A DNA stretch of 64,000 bases from contig OX597827.1 in assembly GCA_951406725.2 (NCBI GenBank), positions 41,788,001 through 41,852,000 of the forward strand, given 5' to 3'. Source of the DNA: Octopus vulgaris. Its lineage: Eukaryota. A program made the position numbers and the translations under genes. Below are positions 30,208 through 44,982 of this stretch, piece by piece. How positions within the stretch are numbered: the first letter of the stretch is position 1; the number at the start of each line of letters is the position of its first letter. The notes below the pieces were generated by a model. That model was not told the origin of the DNA and ran no database searches. It was given only the letters and a program-made list of their open reading frames with translations.

Positions 30208-30375
30208 ACAGGTGTAGGAGTAGCTGTGTGGTAGGTAGCTTGCTTACGAACCGCATGGTTTCGGGTTCAGTCCCACTGCGTGGCACCTTGTGCAAGAGTC
30301 TTCTACTATAGCCTCGGGCCGACCAAAGCTTTATGAGTGAATTTGGTAGACGGAAACTGAAAGAAGCCCGTCGTA

Positions 30376-30471
<96 letters not shown>

Positions 30472-30675
30472 CTTGTGTGAGTATGTTTATGTGTCTGTGT
30501 TTGTCTCCCCAATATCGTTTGACAACCGATGCTGGTGTGTTTACGCCCCCGTAACTTAGCGGTTTGGCAAAAGAGACCGATAGAATAAGTACTAGGCTCA
30601 CAAAGAATAAGTCCTGGATCGACTAAAGGCGGTGCTCCAGCATGACCACAGTCAAATGGCTGAAACAGGTAAAAG
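30208..30675 (+). mobile_element. tRNA-derived SINE (family A)
   Basis: Match to 21217-21600 with an expanded internal (TA)n(TG)n. Confidence 0.88.
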
Positions 30676-31084
30676 ATAATTTGGCCTCGTAGAGCGAATA
30701 TGAACCTCTCTCTCCCCTCTGGCAACGTAGGTCTTTTTTCTGGTCTACATCAGTATCTTGATTTGGAGGACAGGTAGTCAATGCAGAGGCTTGTGTTCCC
30801 ATTGATATTTGAATTATTATTGGTTTCCCATTTTTGCTAGCTGCTTGATGTTTTTCTCTACCACTCTCCGAGTTCAGAGTCGTGTATCCTACATTCAAAT
30901 GCGTTTTTGTTGTTTACCTGCTTTAGAACCGGTTTTAAATATTCAGGCTTCTGTGAAGTAGAATTATGTAAATAATCCTATTGATGATACATTATACAAA
31001 AGTTAAAGTTGTGACATTTCCCTGCTTCGCTTGACCCTCTGTAGGTACAGACGATCAACGTTCGAACTGATGATGTATTACCAG

Positions 31085-31243
31085 GCCGGAATGGCTGTGT
31101 GGTAAGAAGCTTGCTTACCAACCACATAATCCCGGGTTCAGTCCCACTGCGTGTCACCTTAGGCAAGTGTCTTCTACTATAGCCTCGGCCCGACCAAAGC
31201 CTTGTGAGTGGATTTGGTTGACGGAAACTGAAAGAAGCCCGTC
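31085..31243 (+). mobile_element. SINE family A, 5' half
   Basis: Stops at aagaagcccgtcg, where the internal (TA)n begins in intact copies. Confidence 0.85.
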
Positions 31244-31284
31244 GCCTCTGTTTTGTTTTGTTCTGTCAACGTAATTCCTGCTTT

Positions 31285-31364
31285 TTCCTGAAGAGAAAGC
31301 TGCAATATGGTATCCTTATTTAATCAGAATTTGGAAAATTGTGGCCTTTGAAACATGTGTAGAA
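31285..31364 (+). ncRNA. Type I hammerhead (Penelope pLTR remnant)
   Basis: TTC-CTGAAGA(31288-31294)-GAAAGCTGCAAT...ATTGTGGCCTTT-GAAA-CATGTG-TA-GAA; canonical core, GUA, 3-bp stem I. Confidence 0.68.
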
Positions 31365-31467
31365 TGTAATAAAAGGAATTCTGTACAATCTTCGTTCAAC
31401 TCCATTTCTTCCATTCACTAATTATATATATATATATATATATATGTGTATATATATATATATATAT

Positions 31468-31837
31468 AACGGGAAGCTTTATGAAAATAAACAAAAGACG
31501 AAGGCAGGTGGAAAACAAACGAACAATTGTATTAGTATGGCGCTCAGGAAATATAAATAAAACAAGTCTTTAACGTTTCGAGCCTACGCTCTTCAACAGA
31601 AAGATACACAGAGAGAGAAAAACACAGAAAGAAGGAGAGAAAAAAAATGCGTGCAGTAGCTAACGAATCAACATGGCGATCTGATTTCGGCCAGAGGTCA
31701 AAGATCAAACATGAGACGCGAGAGCGAAATAAGGGGAGATAATAGGGTTGATAAATGGGTTGAGGGACCAGCTAAAAGTGCGTGGGAGGGGTCTGGATGT
31801 GTGTATGTATAGGTTTGGTGTATGTATTAGTATGTAT

Positions 31838-31874
<37 letters not shown>

Positions 31875-34143
31875 AGAGAGTATTAGTGCGTAAGATTGGT
31901 CTGGACGTGCGTATGTATGGGGTTGGTGTATGTATTAGTACGTATTGGTATGTATAGGTGTGTGTGTGTGTGTGTGAGAGAGTATAAGTGCGTATGCGGG
32001 GTCTGGACGTGTGTATGTATAGGGTTGGTGTAAGTATTAGTATGTACTAGTATGTATTAGTACGTATTAGTATGTATTAGTTGGTGTGTGTATTAGTATG
32101 GCACATCATATGTGATGTGATGTGTAAAGTCATGTGGTGTAGTGAGGAGAAGAGGGGGAGGGGGAGAAGAGGGGGGAAAAGGGGAGGGGAAGAAGAGGGG
32201 AGGAGAAGGGGGGAGAGGAGAGGATGGGGGAGAAGGAAGGGGATGAGGGGGATGAAGGAGGAAAGAGGGAGAGGGGGAGAGAGAAGGGGAGAGAGGGAGT
32301 GAGGGAGCAGAGGGAAGGGGAACAGGGAGGGAGAAAGAGGGAAGAAGGGAAGGGGAGTAGGGGTGAAAGGATGAAGGACTGAAGAAGTAGGGGTCGGGGG
32401 AGAAAGGATAGGTGAGGAGGGGGGAGAGGGGGTTAGATGAGGAGGGGGGAGAGTTGAGACCAAATGGCGTATAAGAGCGAAGAGAGAAGATTAATTCCTG
32501 TTCACGGCGCAAACGGGAATCCGGATGGCCTCTGTGTAAGGACAAACCGAACACAGATAGGTGTTGCAAGGAGTGACCGGTGGAGCGGAAATGGCGTGAG
32601 ATCGGTGTGTCGTTCGCAAGGTGGATGTCACGAAGGTGTTCCGCGAACCGGTCAGCCAAGCGGCGTCCCGTTTGTCCGATGTACAAGGAATTGCAGAGAG
32701 AGCAAGAGAGGCAATAGATAATATTGCTGGAGGTGCAGGTGAAGGAGTGGATGATGGGATAGGGTCGATGGTGGGTGCTAGTGAGGCGGGTGGTGTTGGA
32801 GAGGTAAGGGCAAGTGCGGCAACGTGGGCGGGAGCAGGGGAACGAGCCGGGTTGGGAGGTAGGGTCAGGGAAGGAGCTATGGACCAAAAGGTCTCGAAGG
32901 TTGTGGGCTCGTTTGAAAGAGGGGAGGGGTCGGTTAGGGAAGAGGTGTGAAGTGGACGGGTCGGACTGGAGATGACGGAAAGCTCGAAGAATGGTGCGTT
33001 GGAGACGTAGGGTCGTGGGGTGGTAAGTGAGGGGAAAAGGGAGGCGGGAGACTACAGGGCGGGTTCGGGGAGAGAGAGCAGAAACACGGTCCACGGACCG
33101 TGCTCTGGCAAGGGCGGTGTGGATAGTGGTGAGGGGGGTATCCACGTAGGGTGAAGTGGTGAGCCATACGTTGAGACTGAGTCTCAAAGTCATGGTCGTC
33201 ACTACAGAGCCTACGTAGACGGAGGAATTGGGAATAGGGGATGGAAAGCTTGGTGTGTTCTGGGTGGGAGGAAGAGAAGTTGAGGTATGAGTGTGAGTCT
33301 GTGTGTTTGTAGTGAATGGAGGTGGTAAGAGTGGAGTGAAGAATGCTAACCGAAATGTCGAGGAAGGAGACAGAGGTGTTGGAGATAGTGGAAGTGAAGT
33401 GGAGGGCTGGATGGAAAGATTGGACGAAAGAGAGGAAGGAATCTAGATGTTCGCGGGAGAGTGAGGTGGCACCGATAATGTCGTCAATATAACGACCATA
33501 TAGTTCAGGAGTGGGACCAGTGAAATTAGAGAATATTTGGGCCTCAACATAGCCAACGAACAGGTTCGCATAGTTGGGGCCCATTCGCGTTCCCATGGCC
33601 ACTCCCGAGACCTGATGGTAGAACTCGCCCGCGAACGAGAAGCAGTTCAGAGTAAGGACAAGTTCGGCCAGAGTGTGGAGGTGTCAGGTACAGGGTTAGA
33701 GCGGAGGTCAAGAAAGTGTCGAAGGGCCTGCAGTCCTTCCTGGTGAGGGATAACAGTATAGAGGCTTTGGATGTCCATAGTAAAAAGGATTTTGGAGGAG
33801 CCGGGAGGAAAGGAGAAAGAGTTGAAAAGCCGGAGAGCATGGTTGGTATCGTGGATGTGGGAGGGAAGAGATGCCACTAGGTGGGCAAGGACACGGTCGA
33901 GGTATTTAGAGATGAGCTCCGTGGGGCAGTTACAGGCGGAGACGATGGGGCGGCCAGGGTTGTTGGGTTTGTGGATTTTGGGGAGGAAGTAAATGGTGGG
34001 GGTACGTGGGGTTCGCACAATTAGGTTGGATGCAGTGCGGGGGAGACGGGAGGACGAGATGAGGTCTTGGACAGTAGAGGATACCGTCTGTTGGTAGCTA
34101 CGTGTGGGGTTAGAGGGCAGAGGGGAATAGAAGGAGGTGTCAT
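31468..34143 (-). mobile_element. Penelope-like retroelement (RT + GIY-YIG), 5'-truncated, frameshifted
   Basis: YFLPKIHK..GRPIVS, MDIQSLYT, AMGTRMGPNYANLF, RYIDDI, IIYCLSCSLCNSLYIGQTGRRLADRFAEH; (TA)n at both ends. Confidence 0.95.
31567..31604 (-). ncRNA. Minimal hammerhead-like motif with A6U core
   Basis: TCTTT-CTGTTGA-A-GAGC gtag GCTC-GAAA-CG-TT-AAAGA in the element's 3' terminal region. Confidence 0.62.
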
Positions 34144-34214
34144 TGAGTTATATATATATATATATGTATGTATATATATATATACATATATATATATGTA
34201 TATATATGTGTGTA

Positions 34215-34430
34215 TATGTGTGTGTGTCTGTGTTTGTCCCGCCAACATCGCTTGACAACCGATGGTGGTGTGTTTAAGTCCCCGTAACTTAGAGGTTCGG
34301 CAAAAGAAATCGATAGAATAAGTACTAGGCTTACAAAGAGTATGTCCTGGGGGGTCGACTTAAGGCGGTGTTCCAGCATGGCCGCAGTCAAATGACTGAA
34401 ACAAGTAAAAGAGTAGAGTAAAGATTAAAG
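34215..34430 (+). mobile_element. SINE family A, 3' half
   Basis: tgtgtttgtccc...gactgaaacaagtaaaagag. Confidence 0.85.
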
Positions 34431-34774
34431 TAAAAAATATATATATAAAGTAAAAACAAAAGCTATTTGTCAACGTGATATGGTTGTCCTGGAAGGGACT
34501 TCGTTACTGTTTATTAGCCCCCAAGGAATATCGTTCCTAGCTGGCTAGGAATTCAGCATTCCCATCTAGCACAAAAGCATCTGTGGACTAGTTTCAGTTT
34601 TATTGCACTTTAGCAACACAGTGTAGCTGCATGGCCAGATGACGCTGCTGAATTCACGGTTCGAATATATAGATTTCAAAGTAACACACAGTCACTGACC
34701 TATTTATAGAAATATGTACACATACACACACACACACACACAGACACACATATATACATATATATACATGTATG

Positions 34775-34975
34775 TAAAAGACCCCCTTCGGTCATGAATG
34801 ACCATGGGATTGCACCTAGAAAGTTACCCTCCTAGGCACAAGTCCGGGCAAGGTTGTTTATGGAAGACCAGCAGTCGCCCATGCATACCAGCCTCCCTTC
34901 TCCACGCCACCAGTGTTATCCAAGGGAAAGACAAAGGTCGATACAGCTTGGCACCAGTGACGTCGCAACTCATTT
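34775..34975 (-). mobile_element. Probable SINE 3' part with RTE-like tail
   Basis: Non-coding, GC-richer block with terminal stem-loops ggtcat/atgacc and cctag/ctagg; family assignment from recall, unverified. Confidence 0.45.
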
Positions 34976-34983
34976 ATGTATAA

Positions 34984-35053
<70 letters not shown>

Positions 35054-35065
35054 GTAATAATAATA

Positions 35066-35301
35066 AGGTGCATTAGGCATGATAAAAAAATATTCAGACA
35101 AATACATAACAAAAACACCAGGACTTACAAACACATATAACATACAGAAAATTGCACTACTAGGCACTGCACACATCCTACGCAGAACACTTTCCATACA
35201 ATAACCATCAGAGCATCACAACAAATCACAGCACATACCCAAGGCACACAGAGCTGCGCTCGGTAGTGAAGTGAAAGCACGCTATAAAAATAAAACTACT
35301 G
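35066..35301 (+). mobile_element. R4/Dong-like LINE 3' end (family 1)
   Basis: Reverse complement of 26862-27100; (TAA)n on both sides. Confidence 0.9.
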
Positions 35302-35479
35302 AATAATAATAATAATAATAATAATAAATGGTAAAGTCATAAATGATTTTTACCAAGTGGTCAGCGCAGAAATAAAACCTCGTAGGAGAATTTATGGTGG
35401 CAATAGTGTCTTTTTACGTCAATTTTTCATGTGCGTGGTGAGGCGCAATCCAAGCCCTTGTTATAATTATGTATATAGT

Positions 35480-35529
<50 letters not shown>

Positions 35530-35780
35530 CTGTCTATACATACACACACACACGCACACGCACAAACATACACAAATCCACGACGGCGTGCTGAGGAGTT
35601 CCTGCCTTTAAGTAAATGAAAATACAGGAGGATCAGTTAATTAGGATTTTATCCACCATGTTCCCCTCCCAGATTCCCACACTTATTACAGCGGTCCTTC
35701 ATTTTTGTTTAATCCCTGTAAAAGAACCTCCACTCAGGCCTTTCGCGATACCCCGAAAGCCAGGAACTTTTCAGCCATCC

Positions 35781-35882
<102 letters not shown>

Positions 35883-36145
35883 TTATTTATTTATTTATTT
35901 ATATGTGTGTGTGTGTGTGCGTGTGTGTGTATAAGTGTGTATCTCTGTATCTGTGTAGATGCATAGATAGGTACATAGATTGATGATTAGATATGGATAC
36001 TACCATTAATGTGAGTTTGGTTTTAATTATATGGTTGCGCATAATAACAAACTATTACTGTAAACAAATTCAATATTTTTAGTAAAATCAAATTATTATA
36101 ACGGGACTTCGGGCTTAGTAATTAATGTGTGTGTATGTACGTACA

Positions 36146-36246
<101 letters not shown>

Positions 36247-36799
36247 TACGTACATATATATGTGTGTTTATGCCTGTTTGCATGTATGTTTGTATATATA
36301 CATATATACATACACACACAAACTCAAAGCAATATCTTGATTAACGAGTTTTTTTTTCTCCATATTTTGCAATATCTTTTTTTTTAATTTGCTATCAAAA
36401 ACCTCATTAACGGACGAAGCTTAAACATAGTTTTAATGATAGTTTTAACGCAGATAAAATATTTGTGTCCGTTATCAAATATGTACTGTCAGAATCGTTG
36501 AAAAAAAAATTCAGTACTGATTCATAAGTTTGCCTCATTATTCCACTCAGACCGGAAGAGATGTCAACGCTTCCGGTGATACGTTGGAAAATAGAAGAAT
36601 AACCTACCCCCAGACTGATATATTCTACATTATTGGCAATATCATCGCCTGTATATCTTCTCAAAATATCTCATCATAATTTTTGTAATCTTTGGGCAGC
36701 AGTGTAATGCTTTAACATTTGGAGTTAATAGAATATTGAAATCATGGCGGGCAACGATAATATTCATTTTATCCGACCGTGGACGGACATAAGACTAGC

Positions 36800-36832
<33 letters not shown>

Positions 36833-37300
36833 TGTATGTATGTATGTATGTATGTATGTATGTATGTATGTATGTATGTATGTAGTAGGTATGTATATAT
36901 ATATATGCATGTACGTATATATATATATATATGAATGCATATAAATATGAATGCATGTGTGTACGTAAGTATGTATACATCAATAAAATGAATGGGTGTA
37001 TGCACATATGTATATAAGCGAGTGTGTCTGTGTATCGATGTAAGGATCATTATATACACATATATGTGTAGACGTGTTGAGTGTATATGTCAGCAGGTAT
37101 GCATGGGTGTACATATTTAGCATTTGAGGTATATATATATACGCACACATATACATATGTATATTCACCCATAAATATATACATACATACAGGCATACAT
37201 GCATATAGATATGTATATATGTGGATATATATATACACACAAAACACATATATAAATATCCATACATATATACATGTATATATATGTAAATAGTATGTGT

Positions 37301-37331
<31 letters not shown>

Positions 37332-37560
37332 AACACACACATACACACACACACACACAGACACACACACACACACAAACATATACATATACACACACGT
37401 AACGGAAAAAGAGTTACTGTGTGGGTGTTTGTTTTCTACATGCATGAATATTTATATAATACTGACATATAGTCAATATACTCTGTTTCTTTTTAACAAA
37501 ATCTACATAAATAATTACTTTACACACACACACACATACATACATATATCATATCATATC

Positions 37561-37596
<36 letters not shown>

Positions 37597-37600
<4 letters not shown>

Positions 37601-38830
37601 TAGCTAAGTTAGAGGTTAGAATAGTCGTCTAAAGAATAGAAGTATCGATTATACTACCGGTATATTAGCTATGTTTAACCATGGGCATACATATGCAAGC
37701 ATATTATGCTCATAAATTATAGTTAAAGACAAGGATAAACATGAGTTTATCAAGAATCAAAATTTAAAGAAAACAGAAAATGGAGAAATATTGATGAACA
37801 ACAATTTACTTACATCAATTATTATTTATTAATTCAATACAATGGAATGCTTCCCATCTACCAGCTGTTTCTGCTTCTAATGTTGTACGGCTTTGCCATT
37901 GATATGCTAAAGACATTTATCATATTTGGTAATGAAACCGATCTGAAATTGGAGCTTCATCAGAGTGAAGAATAAATAAAAAAAGAGCCATGAGAACAAA
38001 AAAAAGTTGAATATGGTTAGAATCATACCATTTTGACTTCGTATCTCCTTGGGATGTTAGGTAAATGACTAAGCTTAAAATAGTACTTGGTGGGTTAATC
38101 CTTTGTACGGGTGGGTGGGTGGATAGGATGGATAAATGATAAAAAAATAATAGTGGGATACGCCAATAGGTTTTAGTCAGAGAAGTGGTGAATATACCAT
38201 AAGATTTTAAATTAATCATTATAATTTTTAATAAATTATGTTTATCGTACTAATTTAAGTGTTAATCGATTAAATGTAATATTTTATTTATTACTACAAG
38301 GTTAAGCCCTTCCACCTGTTGTCCGAAGTGAGATAGGCCAAGGTCCGATGTTCGATATAATTGGTCAGTTGAAATTTAAAAACAAAAGACCAGCTATTGA
38401 AACCGTTATACGAGGTAAGATAAATAAATAAATGGAAAAATGGTATACGTTGTAAGGGGCCCCAAAACACTTAGGATAGTATATGCTAGATTAAAAAAAT
38501 ATTATGGAATACCTATTACGAAAGAAACCTATTGCGACATTTAGGGATTAGGACGGTTGGGGGTGAAAATGGTCCAAAAATTTTTGAAATAAGAATGTGA
38601 AATTAGAAAAAACAATGGAAAGGATCTATTAGGAAGGAAAATTAGGGAAATATTTATAGTCAAGGGGAGGTAATAACTAGGGTAATTGGCCTAAATTGGA
38701 GACTGCTGGTCTACCACCCAGTGCACCTAATCAGTGAGTTAACTAGCCAAACAACTAATTTCCCAGCTAATTGGCTAAACAGTCTATAAATCAGTCAGCC
38801 CAGTGGTCAATTAAATAAGTAAAACGGCGA
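37597..38830 (-). mobile_element. Degenerate Penelope-like terminal region with HHR remnant
   Basis: 37853-37969 minus: CTGATGA-AGCTC...GAAGCA-GAAA-CAGCTG; 37597-37767 recurs inverted at 61728-61900; both abut (TA)n. Confidence 0.5.
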
Positions 38831-38839
38831 CCACACCTG

Positions 38840-39708
38840 TTCACCGTCGTCTACGTAGAGCCTGAGATGTCGCAGTCTCAGCGCGTGTCTGCGCATTATC
38901 AACTACGGCATACCCAGTCCTCTTTTTAACGGGTATTGACAGCAAATGGATCGCCTGACCATCGGGACTCATCCTTTCCACAAGAAGCGAAAGAGAATGC
39001 GTTCTAGTTCGGTGATGGTAGGATCGTGACAAGGCACGACGGTCAGACGGTAGTAGATGACGGATGCGATGTACGTGTTCGCCACCTCCGCCCGCGTATG
39101 CAGACAAGCTCGTCCCGCATCCCAATTCTCGCGGGATGCCCCTCAGAGCTGCCAGCTTCCGCAATAATGGCTCGAGAGTCAATACATAGAGAAGCGGCGA
39201 GAGGGGTCATTCCTGACGGACCGAACGTGCAATGTCGAAAGGTCTCGATAGATATCCATATACGCGAGTTACTGAACGGATACTTCTGTACAAAGCGGTT
39301 ATCCAGCCCCGGAAGACGGGACCGAAGCCAGCCGCTCTGAGAACAGCCTCCAAGTATCGATGGTCTACCCTATCGAAGGCTTTCGATTGATCCAAATTGA
39401 TCAGGGCCCCACCCATGCTAGGTTCCTTAACTACTCTGTCTATGATGTAGCGCATCAGATGGAGGTTGTCATGGATGCTCCGGCCCGGCACAGCGCACGT
39501 TTGCGCCTTGTCGACCAGTTTCTCGATGACAAGCGCCAGCCTCTTGGTTAATTCTTTGGCCTAAATTTTCAAGTCTGCATTGAGCAGAGTGATGGGCCTA
39601 AAGTTATCTATTACATCCCCCTTATTTAGATCTTTTTTCAGCAGTGTTACGGCTCCTCGGCTCACAAAACCAGGGATCCTCCCGTTTTGCTGCCAGTTGC
39701 AGCACACC
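38840..39708 (-). pseudogene. L1/Tx1-clade LINE RT fragment
   Basis: GRSIHDNL, LDQSKAFDRVDH, SVRQ, LEPLLRKL; frameshifted. Confidence 0.85.
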
Positions 39709-39709
39709 G

Positions 39710-39755
<46 letters not shown>

Positions 39756-39830
39756 CTCTGTAGCTCTCTATATATATACGTTCCTCTCTTTATCCTCCTC
39801 CTCTCTCTCTATACACATATCCGTCCATCC

Positions 39831-39905
<75 letters not shown>

Positions 39906-40248
39906 CATCTATCTATCATACATACATACATATATGTAATATAGAAGTACACTTGAACCACACACATATGCAGGCGAATGACTATTCACATATGCTATGA
40001 ATATAAGGTTATCTTTTGAATCATAGTTTTGGAAGAAACCATTTTCCATTGTAGGATCCTATGCATCTATTATTCTTATAACTGTAGCTTTACATCTATT
40101 ATGTTCTGCACCCTCCATCTTGCGCACGTACACACGTAGACACACATAAGCGCGAGCGTATATACACACCCAAACACACACAACCTTCCTTTCATTCTCT
40201 TTGTATTAGGGCAACAGTTTATATAGCTACACACCCACCTCTTTACAA

Positions 40249-40313
<65 letters not shown>

Positions 40314-40824
40314 TACGTATAGACAAATTAAACATATATATATATATATATATATACATAAACTTGGATGTATATATATATATATACATACATATAAATA
40401 TATATGTATATGAACATGTGTGTATATATATATATATACATATATTCACATATATATACTTATATACACGTGCTATATAATGCATGTTGTGTTAGGTGAC
40501 CTATGCATGTATATTATGTTTTACACATACACACAGACATAGGCACACACACATATACAAACGCACGCACGTACACACACACCCCCGTACACATACATGT
40601 ACCTGCATATGTATCTATCTACCTTCCAATCTACTTATCTATCTATATACATATGCTTATGGAGTCCTACATTTATATACGTATGTATATTCATACATAT
40701 TATCTGCATAAACATATACAAACATACGTATATATACATACACATATATTTCTATATACGTATACATATATATATATATATATATATGTATTTAATATAT
40801 ATCACCATATTTATATATATATAC

Positions 40825-40901
<77 letters not shown>

Positions 40902-41388
40902 CATGTAACCGTATATATAGTTATATCCATCAATATTTTGAGTTTAAAAAAAAAATGATAATTCCAGTAATTTCCGTTCTTTGATTGCAAGAAGCAACCA
41001 AGAGAATGAAGAAATAAGCAAGAAATCTGCAAGCATGTAAGCCGGATTAGAGGATTAAAGGGAAATAATATATTTTCCAAGAGATCAACTTTTTCTTAAT
41101 AAAAATATACACATATGTTGGCATAAAAAGAATCAGGCCCCCTTTACATGCATGTATGCCATATATATATATTATTACATACATACACATATATATACAT
41201 ACGCGCACACACATACACATATATATATATATACATATACATATACACACACACATATATATATGTATATGGGTATTCCTGTACATGTATGTTGCATCTC
41301 TGATGCATGTTATGTATCTTGTGTATGTATTGGGGTATCTATATCTTGCACATGTGTGGGTATTAGTATATATATGTATATATATGTA

Positions 41389-41445
<57 letters not shown>

Positions 41446-41745
41446 GCATTCATAATATCTTTGATGTGTTGGGTCGCGTGTATATATATATGCTGCATAT
41501 GTCAATGCACCCACGTATCTTGAATATATGTGTGCGCGCTTCTATCTTGCATTGCATGTGTGTTTGTGTGTGCAAACACACACACGCGTACATTTACAAA
41601 CGCACGCGCACACACAAAAACCCGCACGCACTCAAGGATGAACGCGTGGGTTTTTATCCTCTGCATATCTTAGAAACTGTGTATATATCTACTGTATAAG
41701 TGCATATGTATACGTGTTGTACGTATATATATATACATATATATG

Positions 41746-41808
<63 letters not shown>

Positions 41809-42454
41809 TTGTGCGTGTGCGTGTGTTTGTGTGTTTGTGCGTGTGTGTGTGTTTGTGTGTGTGCTCATGTAAGTATCTAATACATGTAGTTTCCTATGTT
41901 TTTATTTTACTGGTTTCTTAAAGTTGAAAATATTTACACATGTTCCCGTGTATGTGTCTTTTGCAAAATGTAAAACGGAGCGGAATAAGCAACAAGACTT
42001 GCGGCTTCATCAAATGCAATTAGATATCTAAGTGAAGTGAGTTGAGTTCCTGTTAGTTAAACGCTAAAGAATCTTGTTATCTAGCTAAGTTTGTGGAGAT
42101 GAGATGACCTTTGAATTCCAAATGCAGGTTTCGGTCAGTTAACATTTACCGCAGATGTTTCCCAATGGATGTTTCCTTGGACACCTCTCATTTAGTGACA
42201 CTGGTTGAGTTCCTCTAGGCGTTGTATCTGAATATATTTATCGTATGTTCAGTATATTTTTTTGTGTGTTGCATAGTTATGATATGAAAATAGATTTAGT
42301 GGTCGTGGACTTTGGTCACAGAAGGAACGTGAAAGGACCTTGGATATATACCAAAGCTGAAATAAAATTGTTACCTGTTATGTATATCTATAATCAGTGC
42401 AAATAATAACAAAATATAATGAAGGAAGAGAACTTAGAATGATTTCTGAATGTA

Positions 42455-42575
<121 letters not shown>

Positions 42576-42590
42576 GAGTATATATATACG

Positions 42591-42888
42591 AGGCGCAATG
42601 GCCCAGTGGCTAGGGCAGTGGACTCGCGGTTTCGATTACTAGACCGGGCGCTGTGAGTATTTATTGAGCGAAAACACCTAAAGCTCCACGGGGCTCCGGC
42701 AGGGGTGGGGGTGGCGATCCCTGCTGTACTCTTTCGCCACAATTTTCTCTCACACTTTCTTCTGTTGGCCTGCTCGCTTAACCAGCGTGGTGGCGTCGTT
42801 TGAAGGCTAAAACAATGCGAAGCGCATTGTGAACAGCGATATGTAGCAACATCTAATAGCCTGGTCGGACACGGTGATCACGGTGATA
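42591..42888 (+). mobile_element. tRNA-derived SINE (family B)
   Basis: aggcgcaatggcccagtgg...tttcgatt; match to 2703-3005. Confidence 0.82.
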
Positions 42889-43336
42889 TACGAAACAGGT
42901 AATTTCGTTTACGTCCTGTTAACGAACGAGACGGGTAATCTCGTTGACTTCCTGTTAAAAAGGGAAAAAGGAAAATCTAAAGAGAGAGTTTAGAATACAG
43001 CAACGGCATTGAATGGATAGTAAAAATTACGAGAGAGAGCTGCATACAGATCGGACCGTTTACAACATAACTTTGAACAATCGAATACTGGACATGAAAT
43101 TCTTTGGATATTAAGTTATTTGCAAATGGATCGCTAAAATATCGAATATATCCTTTAATTGACTTAAATGAAATATATATTTGTTACATAATTTCATCCT
43201 TGAATGTTAATTCACTGATTTTACAATTCTGTTGTTGCGTTCTGAGGTTCACCCCTTTTATACCAAAGAATTTGCCTGATCGAAACATGCCAAAACGTGC
43301 AAGTGTTGAAGTAGCAATAAGGTAACAAAATGATAT

Positions 43337-43905
43337 TATTGGGTTGTCCGGAAAGTTCATACCGATTTATAGTAGCTTACCCTTTGGCATTTTTTAGAAC
43401 ATGGTTGAGTCCATAAAATAGGATTTGACTACACCTCCATTTAGAGCACAGATTAAGCGATTTATTCGTGGAAGAAGGTTTATGTTCCTGTAACCTGTGT
43501 TATTCTGTAACCCTTTAAAATGGAAGATAGGAAAGTTCATTTTTGGCACTTGATGCTTTGAGAACCAGACAAAAATTGTTGCAGTTCGGCTGGGATGTGT
43601 TACCCTACCCTCTATATTCACTAGATATTGCTCTTTCGGATTTCCACTTATTCCGGTCTCTGCAGAATAATCTTAATGGTAAAAAATTCAATTCCTTGGA
43701 TGACGTAAAAAAATACCTTGATGAATTCTTTGCCATGAAACCACCTCAATTCTGGAAAGAGGGTATTTTCAAGTTAAAGGAAAGATGGAGATGCATTATG
43801 CAACAAAATGGTTCATATTTGGTTGATTAAAAATATAATGGCAAGTATCTATTGACTTTTTTCTTTCCTTTAAAAATCGGCACGAACTTTCTGGACAACC
43901 CAATA
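43337..43905 (+). mobile_element. Internally deleted mariner
   Basis: TA-flanked TIRs; same deletion product as 3411-3975. Confidence 0.92.
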
Positions 43906-44284
43906 GAATAATGGATTAATAGAATTGTTGAGTAAGTTAATGACATATTTATTGTGACAAATACGGATGAAGAGATAGACAGACTAATAGATGATCTCGA
44001 GTATCATTTCAACTTTATATTCAGAGGCCAATATTGCTCTCAGTTTAATTCAGGCTACATCACCATTCGGTTCTTAGTTGTAAATTTAGAAATAATGAAT
44101 TATTCATGGAGTATATACAAAAGAAGGACATAAGCCAATTGCTAAACTTGCACAGACATTGCGAGTGTCCTCAATGATATAAAATAGTCGAAATCTATAG
44201 TTAAATTCTCTCTTAGCCGAGCTTATAAATTTTCGTTCGCTACAATAGCTTTAAATAAGCAAACATTACATTTGTTCAATTTTC

Positions 44285-44815
44285 AACGTCAAATGGGAAC
44301 ACTTTGTGACCAACAATAAAGTCCTGGAAAGGACCAACAATCAAAGGATAGAATCGTTGATCATGAAAGACCGTGTTCGATGGTCAGAACATGTAGAAAG
44401 AATGAAAGAGTCAAGGTTCCCACGCTATGTCTTGTTCAGCGAACTCATTTCAGAGAAAAGACCACGGGGTTGCCCTCTTCGAAAATACAAGGACCAACTC
44501 AGAGCAACACTGAAAGCCACTGGAATGGAGCCTAAATCGTTTGAAACACAAAGCTGAGACTGTACTAAGTGGCGGGGTTCCATCACCATCGGAACCAAGA
44601 TCTTCGAAGCCATCAGAAGAGAGAAGAAAGAAATCCAACAGCAGGAAAGAAAGGGTCGACAAAATCACACTCGTCCTCCACCAATGTTGCCATGCATGCA
44701 ATGCCATTGACTCTTCTGTGCAAGAATTGGTCTACTTAGTCAACAACACTGTCACCGTGCAGGAAGCGTCCAGCAAATAAATTCTCGTATATCAGATAAA
44801 AGCGATGACGAACGA
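44285..44815 (+). mobile_element. RTE-clade LINE 3' end
   Basis: TNNKVLER...RWSEHVERM...RPRGCPLRKYKDQL, then a degenerate Cys/His finger. Confidence 0.8.
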
Positions 44816-44982
44816 CATGCAAAACAAACATTAATTAGAAACGAATACCTCAATAGAATGGTACCGCCGTGTCTTAGTAATATACAAGAAGAAATTCACC
44901 TGAGTTGATATAACAAATTTAGAGTCCGTTAAAAATACACACAGATCACACACATCGAAGACTAGAAGAACCAAATGCATTC

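Noticed and set aside
35590-35640. CTGAGGA with TTCCTG/CAGGAG stem
   Set aside because: GAAA and stem III missing
36407-36664. 85-aa non-repetitive ORF
   Set aside because: TTG start, stop three codons upstream, no recognisable domain or clear splice sites
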